DNA of 64,000 nt from Fibrobacteria bacterium (GTDB taxonomy: Bacteria; Fibrobacterota; Chitinivibrionia; Chitinivibrionales; FEN-1185): assembly GCA_037447435.1 (NCBI GenBank), contig JBBIGR010000014.1, forward strand, positions 1-64,000, written 5' to 3'. The translations under genes were made by a program, and so were the position numbers. Below, piece after piece: positions 57,752 to 64,000 of the stretch. The notes beneath the pieces are model-generated. The model was not told the DNA's origin, searched no databases, and saw only the letters and a program-made list of their open reading frames with translations. Every line of letters begins with the position of its first letter. Positions within the stretch are counted from its first letter, which is position 1.

Positions 57752-58440
57752 AATTTTTACTTTTCTTTTTATCCATAGCGGCATTCTCAAACGTCGTACG
57801 TGCCCAAAACGATAAATTCGTCATTAATAAAGACACAATTCTTTCATCGAGTTTTGAAGTTCCCGACAGCATGACCTGTTCGATTTCGCCCGGAGTCACG
57901 ATTAAATTCAATTGCTATGGAAAATTTATCGTGCGGGGCCTGCTCATTGCCCAAGGCACTTCACAAAAACCGATTACCTTTACCTGTATCGACCGTGCGC
58001 ATGGTGCGGAAAAACCTCCCTGTTGGTACGGTTTGTTCGTTATGGGAAAATCGTCCCATGCCGATATGCGTAATTGTCGATTCGAAGGAATGTATCGTGC
58101 GCTTATTTACGAGTCGCGCCCACTATTCGATTCTTGCGAATTTGCAGGGAATCATTGCGGACTCTATTGCACAAAAAAAGCCGCGCCACTCGTGCGTAAT
58201 TGCCGGTTCTACAGAAATATATACGGCATTGTGTCCGACTTTTCGGCACCCTTGCTTGCCAACAATATCATTTCGGAAAACACCATCGGAATAGATTTAC
58301 AAGTAGGTTCGATGCCCCTTGCGGGTCCAAATACAATTTTTGGAAACCAAACAAATATCAAGACGGAAGCCGCACTCAAAGGTGACAGTACTGCCTTGCC
58401 TGCTCGATATTTGTGGGAACTTATGAACGAATTATTTTAA
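57748..58440 (+). CDS. Secreted right-handed parallel beta-helix protein
   Basis: Signal peptide; ISPGVTIKF, GLLIAQGTSQKPITFT, WYGL, NNIISENTIGI; ATGA overlap. Confidence 0.8.
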   Translation: MKFLLFFLSIAAFSNVVRAQNDKFVINKDTILSSSFEVPDSMTCSISPGVTIKFNCYGKFIVRGLLIAQGTSQKPITFTCIDRAHGAEKPPCWYGLFVMGKSSHADMRNCRFEGMYRALIYESRPLFDSCEFAGNHCGLYCTKKAAPLVRNCRFYRNIYGIVSDFSAPLLANNIISENTIGIDLQVGSMPLAGPNTIFGNQTNIKTEAALKGDSTALPARYLWELMNELF

Positions 58441-58480
58441 TTGGGTTACGGCTTAATTCTCTTTTACAAGGAGGTTTCGC

Positions 58481-59215
58481 GTGCAAAACGAAGTGAGCAG
58501 ACGCTCTTTCATGAAAACCGCAGCGGCAACAGGCGCCGCTTTGGGGCTGGGCTCGACTGCCGATACGATATTTGCCGATGTCAAACCGGTACAATTGCCC
58601 CAGGTTCCCAAAGACGTTTCGATGATTCAACTTCCTTATGCGCAATCGGCGCTGAGCCCTTCCATTTCGGCAAGGACCGTTGATTTACATTATCGAATGC
58701 ATCATACCGGATATTATACAATGTTAAAGGGGTGGATCAATGTCCATCCGGAATATCAGAATCAAACATTGGTACAATTGATTCAATCCAATAAAAACGG
58801 CATCAATATGGCGGAAACGGTTTTCCACTATTCGATTCTCCTTAACAACCACAACTGGTATTGGGCAAGCCTGACGCCGCACGGAGGCGGCTTGCCTAAA
58901 GGGAAAATATCAAAATTGATAAATGATTCTTACGGATCCTATGATGCATTCAGAAAATCATTTCTCGAAGAAGGTATGCAGCTTGGAATCGGATGGGTTT
59001 GGACCGTCTTGGACAACAACAAACTCAAAGTGTATCTTTCGGAATACGGCGACACGCCCATTTTACGTGGATATCAACCCCTCCTTGCAATCGATGTATG
59101 GGAGCATGCCTACTACATGGATTACCAAAACGAACGGCAGAAATATCTTGAAGCTGTTTTAGATAAGCTGCTCAATTGGGATTTTGCAGAAAGCAATTTA
59201 CCTGCGGTAAAGTGA
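58481..59215 (+). CDS. TAT-exported Fe/Mn superoxide dismutase family protein
   Basis: SRRSFMK signal; LPY, HYRMHH, NHNWYW, GIGWVW, DVWEHAYY; AGGAGG RBS. Confidence 0.9.
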   Translation: MQNEVSRRSFMKTAAATGAALGLGSTADTIFADVKPVQLPQVPKDVSMIQLPYAQSALSPSISARTVDLHYRMHHTGYYTMLKGWINVHPEYQNQTLVQLIQSNKNGINMAETVFHYSILLNNHNWYWASLTPHGGGLPKGKISKLINDSYGSYDAFRKSFLEEGMQLGIGWVWTVLDNNKLKVYLSEYGDTPILRGYQPLLAIDVWEHAYYMDYQNERQKYLEAVLDKLLNWDFAESNLPAVK

Positions 59216-59231
59216 TTGCACCGAGGCGTCA

Positions 59232-59280
59232 TTTATCGGCAAGGCCCCGGCAGAACGCCGGGGCTTTTTTTGTCGATAAA
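59232..59280. terminator. Intrinsic terminator
   Basis: GCCCCGGC-AGAAC-GCCGGGGC-T7, with an outer TTTATCG/CGATAAA extension. Confidence 0.85.
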
Positions 59281-59291
59281 GCGGGGCATTT

Positions 59292-60545
59292 TTATTGATA
59301 TTTTTTAAACAACAGACTTGCGTTTTGGCCTCCAAAGCCGAATGTATTGCTGAGTGCGGCCCGTATGTTCTTTTTGACCGGTTTATGCAATGTCAAATCC
59401 ACGCGTATATCGATTGCGGGGTCGAGCACTTCGGTATTGATGGTGGGCGGTATTTCGCCTTCTTTAACCGCAAGAACGGTCGCAACTGCCTCGATGGCAC
59501 CCGCAGCGCCGAGGAGATGTCCGGTCATGGATTTTGTACCGCTGACATGGAGCGTGCTCAGAGAAGCTTCGAACAATTTCTGTACGGCCAGGAGCTCCGG
59601 AGGGTCACCCGCCGGTGTCGACGTCGCATGCAAATTGACATAATCGACATCCGGAGGCAATAATCCCGCTTCATCCATCGCGCTTTTCATTGCCATGAAT
59701 ACGGATCTGCCTTCGGGTTGAGGCAGCGCATAATGATGAGCGTCGGCAGTCATACCGCCGCCAACTACCTCGGCCAGTATTCTTGCGTTGCGTTTCTCTG
59801 CGTGGGCAAGCGTTTCCAAAACCAAGGCACCCGCACCTTCGCCTAAAACAAAGCCATCGCGTTTTACATCAAACGGGCGTGAAGACTTTTGAGGCTCGTC
59901 GTTATTTTCGGACAGGGCATGCATCGCATTGAAGCCTCCTATAGCGGTCTCGTTGACCGACGCTTCGGAACCGCCGGCAAGCACGACATCGGCTTTTCCG
60001 AGTCTCAACACATTGAATGCATCGATTATCGCATGGGACGACGAGGCGCAGGCGCTGACCGTGCCATAATTGACACCTCGGAAATCGTACCGCATGGCGA
60101 TAATGCCGGCCGCTATATTGGATATCATCTTGATGATCATATGAGGAGAGAATCTCGGGTTGGAGCCCTTTTGCGCGAATCGGATAATTTCGTCTTGCAA
60201 CGAGGTAAGACCTCCGATTCCCGACGAAAAAATCACTCCATAGCGGAATTGGTCGGCCTCAAGTTTTTTAAGACCGGCATTGTCCATTGCCTGGCTGGCC
60301 GCTGCTATTGCAAATTGAGTAAAGAGGTCCATTGAACGGACTTCTTTGGAGTCGAGATATTGCAAAGCGTCGAACCCTTTTACTTCACAGGCAAATTTAG
60401 TCTTGAAATTAGAACTATCGAATCTTGTTATCGGTCCTGCACCGTTTTTGCCGTTTAGTAAGGCGGCCCAGTATTGATCCACTGTATTGCCGATGGGCGT
60501 GACTGCGCCCAAGCCGGTTACAACAACCCTATTCAAAGACGTCAT
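59292..60545 (-). CDS. fabF: Beta-ketoacyl-ACP synthase II
   Basis: RVVVTGLG, SACASS, NLHATST, KSMTGHLLGAAG, SNTFGFGG. Confidence 0.93.
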   Translation of the reverse strand: MTSLNRVVVTGLGAVTPIGNTVDQYWAALLNGKNGAGPITRFDSSNFKTKFACEVKGFDALQYLDSKEVRSMDLFTQFAIAAASQAMDNAGLKKLEADQFRYGVIFSSGIGGLTSLQDEIIRFAQKGSNPRFSPHMIIKMISNIAAGIIAMRYDFRGVNYGTVSACASSSHAIIDAFNVLRLGKADVVLAGGSEASVNETAIGGFNAMHALSENNDEPQKSSRPFDVKRDGFVLGEGAGALVLETLAHAEKRNARILAEVVGGGMTADAHHYALPQPEGRSVFMAMKSAMDEAGLLPPDVDYVNLHATSTPAGDPPELLAVQKLFEASLSTLHVSGTKSMTGHLLGAAGAIEAVATVLAVKEGEIPPTINTEVLDPAIDIRVDLTLHKPVKKNIRAALSNTFGFGGQNASLLFKKYQ

Positions 60546-60568
60546 CGGTATCCTCCTTATATGAATTG

Positions 60569-60580
60569 TACCGTTTGGTA
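60569..60580. promoter_or_regulatory. Putative TetR operator upstream of fabF
   Basis: TACC-GTTT-GGTA; matches 61362-61373 at 11 of 12 positions. Confidence 0.65.
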
Positions 60581-60722
60581 TATTTTATTAAGCTTTCTGC
60601 CGCGTATAGTTAAAACAACTGTCTATTAATACTATGCATCAAGTTTTACGGAAGATCATTCCGTACACTATTGACAATTAATTATTTCGTTGCATCGCCC
60701 CGCGCTATCGCTTTGGAAAACA

Positions 60723-61313
60723 TCACGGCTTCATCTGATTGATCATTTCATCTATTTTGTCCAAAACCATGCCGAGACTCGAACTTTCATTGTACGCTTT
60801 CGACATCATCGTGGCACCTTCAAGCAGCGCAATAAACAACGTCGCTATCATATGGGGGTTTGCATCCTGTTTGATCTCGCCGCATCGTATTCCTTTTGTA
60901 ATGATTGATGAAAACAACCGACGCCATAATTCCAGAGCGCGTACCACTTTTTCCTGCAGAAGCGGATTGGTATCGTCGGCCTCTATGGATGTATTGAGAA
61001 TCGGACAACCGCCCTTGATTGGCCAGAAATCGGGAAAAGTCCGGTACATATCGAAAATCGCTCTCAATTTTTCAATCGCATTACCTTTTTTAGCCGCTTC
61101 GCAATCCATCTTTTCATGGATAAGGTCTCTGGCATATTCAAAACATTCAACGGCGAGTTCTTCCTTGCTGTTGAAGAGTCCGTATATGCAACCTTTGGTA
61201 AGACCGGTCGCAGTTTCCAAATCCGAAAGGGATGTGCCGACAAAGCCCTTTTGATTGAAAACTGGGGCGCATCTGGCAAGAATGAATTCCCGGGTTTTTT
61301 CGGATTTCTTCAT
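60723..61313 (-). CDS. TetR/AcrR family transcriptional regulator
   Basis: FNQKGFVGTSLSDLETATGLTKGCIYGLFNSKEEL; GGCPILN. Confidence 0.93.
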   Translation of the reverse strand: MKKSEKTREFILARCAPVFNQKGFVGTSLSDLETATGLTKGCIYGLFNSKEELAVECFEYARDLIHEKMDCEAAKKGNAIEKLRAIFDMYRTFPDFWPIKGGCPILNTSIEADDTNPLLQEKVVRALELWRRLFSSIITKGIRCGEIKQDANPHMIATLFIALLEGATMMSKAYNESSSLGMVLDKIDEMINQMKP

Positions 61314-61361
61314 TTGGAAACGACCAATGTCAATCTACAGCTTTTTCCCATATCTAAAATA

Positions 61362-61373
61362 TACCATTTGGTA
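61362..61373. promoter_or_regulatory. Putative TetR autoregulatory operator
   Basis: TACC-ATTT-GGTA, about 50 nt upstream of the tetR start. Confidence 0.65.
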
Positions 61374-61521
61374 TTTTTTGATGCAATTGAATCGTTTTGA
61401 CTCGAACCGGCCGCTACGATTTACCTGTAAAAAATGAGTTTGCTCCCGGGCCGTATGCTATTTTTTAGGCATTCCTTATTTTGATTATTTTTTTATACCT
61501 TATATTGGACAGGAACTTTTC

Positions 61522-62616
61522 ATGGGACTTTCTGCAGGAATTGTCGGGCTGCCGAACGTGGGAAAATCCACGCTGTTTAATGCACTGACCAGCGCAAAAG
61601 CCGAGGTGCAAAACTATCCGTTTACCACTATCGATCCAAACAACGGTATCGTTGCAGTCCCGGACGAACGCCTCAACCGCATCACGCAGCTTATTCCTAC
61701 CGCAAAAGTCGTTCCTGCATTTTTGGAACTCGTGGACATTGCGGGCCTTGTCAAAGGAGCATCTAAGGGCGAAGGATTGGGCAATCAGTTTTTGGGTCAT
61801 ATAAAAAATGTCGATGCTATTGTCCATGTTGTGCGGTGCTTCAAGGATCCCAACGTCATTCATGTTGAAGGCTCGGTTGACCCATTGCGAGACATCGGCC
61901 TCATTGATACCGAGCTTATGTTTGCAGACCTCGGCACTGCCGAACGCGGATTGCTTCGAGTTTCAAAAGCAGCCAAATCGGGCGATAAGGAAGCCAAAGA
62001 ACAATTGGTTGTTTTTGAAAAAGTGCAGGATTCCCTTTCCCGCGGTGTGCCGGTACGGCAAACCATTACCGAGCCTTCTCAATTGCAGATGCTCTCGCAA
62101 CTTAATTTGCTGACCGCCAAACCGGTATTATACATTGCCAATGTCGACGAAGACAATATCCTGGCCGACAATGAAGCTGTCGCCGCAGTACGAAAGCATG
62201 CCGCCCTGACAAATTCGGAAGTTGTTCGCATAAGCGGTAAAATGGAATCCGAAATCGCAGCGCTTTCGCCTGAAGAGCGGCCTGAATTTTTAGCAAGTGT
62301 CGGACTTACCCAACCCGGATTGGCGCAGTTGGCGCAGGCTATTTATAAATTACTCGGGTTGGAAACATTTTTTACCGCAGGAGCGGAAGAGAATCGCGCC
62401 TGGACCATTAGAAAAGGAATTACGGCACCTAAAGCAGCCGGAACGATCCATACCGATTTTGAAAAAGGCTTCATAAAGGCGGACGTTTATACTCTTGGCG
62501 ACCTCGAGCAATATAAATCCGAGGCAGCAATTCGTGCGGCAGGCAAGATTCGGTCGGAAGGCAAGGAATATATTGTCAAGGACGGAGATATTATGTTTTA
62601 CAAATTTAATGTTTAA
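61522..62616 (+). CDS. ychF: Redox-regulated ATPase YchF
   Basis: GIVGLPNVGKST, NYPFTTIDPN, DIAGLVKGAS, GKIRSEGKEYIVKDGD. Confidence 0.97.
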   Translation: MGLSAGIVGLPNVGKSTLFNALTSAKAEVQNYPFTTIDPNNGIVAVPDERLNRITQLIPTAKVVPAFLELVDIAGLVKGASKGEGLGNQFLGHIKNVDAIVHVVRCFKDPNVIHVEGSVDPLRDIGLIDTELMFADLGTAERGLLRVSKAAKSGDKEAKEQLVVFEKVQDSLSRGVPVRQTITEPSQLQMLSQLNLLTAKPVLYIANVDEDNILADNEAVAAVRKHAALTNSEVVRISGKMESEIAALSPEERPEFLASVGLTQPGLAQLAQAIYKLLGLETFFTAGAEENRAWTIRKGITAPKAAGTIHTDFEKGFIKADVYTLGDLEQYKSEAAIRAAGKIRSEGKEYIVKDGDIMFYKFNV

Positions 62617-62631
62617 TAAATAACCCCAGTC

Positions 62632-63852
62632 ATGAATGACAGACTTTTATATTTGTACCGATGGACATTATGGAATGTTTTTTCCAGGATTTTTGTAAAA
62701 TTCTGGCTTGGGCCCAGATATAATTTTTCCAAGTCACCCAATTCCGATTCGCTCCCGAAACCGCCGTTTATCGTCGTTGCCAATCACGGAACGTTTTTTG
62801 ACCCCTGGATAATCGGTTATTACAGCCGATACCCCTTTACAATTATGTGCAACGACGATGCCTTCCGCGGTAATGCGGTATCGCGCTGGTACCTCAAAAA
62901 CATCGGAGCATTTCCCAAGAAAAAAGGCGCTTCCGATTTCAAGGCCATGAAAACAACATTGGCCTCTTTGGCCGCAGGCTATCCGGTTTGCATTTTTCCG
63001 GAAGGCCAGACGACCTGGGACGGGGAAACGCAGCTTATTTACAAAGGTATAGAAAAAATCATTCGCCACAGCAAAGCAAGCTTGGTTATGGTGCGAAGTA
63101 ACGGAAATTTCCTTACAAAACCGTGGTGGGCCGACCATATGCGGAAAGGCAAGATAGATTGTCTGTACAAAACCCTCACGCCCGACCAGCTGCAAACCAT
63201 GTCCGACGCCGATTTGTTTTTAACAATTAAGAATTTTATCGCGCACAACGACATCAAGGCGAATTCGGCATTGACAACCGTATTTTCCGGGCATAATTGC
63301 GCCGACGGCTTGCAACGGTTCATGTGGATGTGCATGCATTGCGAAGGTGAAGATACGCTTACCATGAAGCACGACACCATCAAATGCAAAGCCTGCGGAT
63401 CTATGTGGACTATAAACGCGCTCGGCAAATTGACACCAAAGAAAACTCTTACAAAATCATTCTCCGATTTGCACGATTGGTCGCAATGGCATAAAATCAA
63501 GGTTAAAAACCGATTGCGCTTTGCATCCGATACCGATACCCTCACGACAGGGCAAAACATCCATTTCCAGGAACTTCACGACAACAATCAGTACTACGAA
63601 TGCGGAGTCGGAACGCTGGTACTCACCAAAACGGCATTGTCGTTTTCAGCTCCAACTAAAAATATGACAATGGAATTTGCGATGGATAAAATCAACGATT
63701 ACGTAATTCAAAAGAAAAACATTCTCGAAATCCGCTACGAAACATCGTATTTCCGTTTTGTCTTTCACAATACGAGCACTATGAAATGGTTGTTTTATCT
63801 GCGATACATTAAAGGATATGAAAAATCCGAAAAACAGGGATTTATTTCCTGA
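62632..63852 (+). CDS. PlsC-like lysophospholipid acyltransferase with a C-terminal Zn-ribbon extension
   Basis: NHGTFFD, FPEGQTTWDG; CMHC...CKAC. Confidence 0.85.
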   Translation: MNDRLLYLYRWTLWNVFSRIFVKFWLGPRYNFSKSPNSDSLPKPPFIVVANHGTFFDPWIIGYYSRYPFTIMCNDDAFRGNAVSRWYLKNIGAFPKKKGASDFKAMKTTLASLAAGYPVCIFPEGQTTWDGETQLIYKGIEKIIRHSKASLVMVRSNGNFLTKPWWADHMRKGKIDCLYKTLTPDQLQTMSDADLFLTIKNFIAHNDIKANSALTTVFSGHNCADGLQRFMWMCMHCEGEDTLTMKHDTIKCKACGSMWTINALGKLTPKKTLTKSFSDLHDWSQWHKIKVKNRLRFASDTDTLTTGQNIHFQELHDNNQYYECGVGTLVLTKTALSFSAPTKNMTMEFAMDKINDYVIQKKNILEIRYETSYFRFVFHNTSTMKWLFYLRYIKGYEKSEKQGFIS

Positions 63853-63862
63853 TATGTATTAA

Positions 63863-63897
63863 AAAGGCACTTGCGGCGGCATAGCGCAAGTGCCTTT
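63863..63897. terminator. Intrinsic terminator
   Basis: AAAGGCACTTGCG...CGCAAGTGCCTTT. Confidence 0.75.
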
Positions 63898-64000
63898 ACA
63901 AAAAGCGTAGATTATCCTGCCAAGGTAACAGGTGCATATTTCAGATAGACATTAATCGAATATTATTCCACGTTTACCGGCAGCATCCACCCATGAGTAT

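Noticed and set aside
1..64000. CRISPR arrays, tRNA/rRNA genes, transposases, integrases, prophage or defence genes
   Set aside because: I saw no spaced direct repeats, cloverleaf/T-loop patterns in intergenic DNA, or such protein motifs by eye; tRNAscan/Infernal were not run.
1..64000. The many 60-175 aa ORFs overlapping larger genes in the six-frame track
   Set aside because: They are antisense or off-frame shadows of well-supported genes, with no motifs or RBS.
63900..64000. 3' end of a convergent gene at the window edge
   Set aside because: Too little sequence to choose a frame or product.

Overview
A gene-dense 64-kb bacterial chromosomal window in the standard genetic code. It most plausibly comes from a flagellated, anaerobic polysaccharide degrader of the FCB group (Fibrobacterota/Chitinivibrionia-like; inferred from secreted proteins with T9SS-like C-terminal domains, a GH18, a CE4 deacetylase and a flagellin). 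I see no rRNA, tRNA, CRISPR array, integrase or transposase. Contents: secreted enzymes (CE4 deacetylase, VIT-domain protein, TAT-DUF362, GH18); an lsrF/epimerase/aldolase-SDR sugar-phosphate operon; a decayed NRAMP (mntH); ABC-2 and MATE exporters; a flagellin; an 8-gene T2SS/type IV pilus-like cluster; NfeD-flotillin; a large TPR protein opposite a GT41 (OGT/SPINDLY-like) transferase; TetR plus fabF; and housekeeping genes (rluA-like, dus, tadA, def, yajC, ychF). The best leads, all judged by eye without database searches: (i) a dispersed sigma28/CsrA-type circuit, with sigma28-like promoters before the flagellin, a FlgM-like orphan and an EF-hand protein, a GGA-loop hairpin in the flagellin leader, and a six-GGA intergenic cluster; (ii) two TAT-exported superoxide enzymes with non-canonical second-sphere residues; (iii) an unannotated pentein (guanidino-modifying) enzyme with extra domains; (iv) a shared TACCRTTTGGTA operator linking tetR and fabF; (v) a chitin-binding-like module inserted inside the CE4 catalytic domain.
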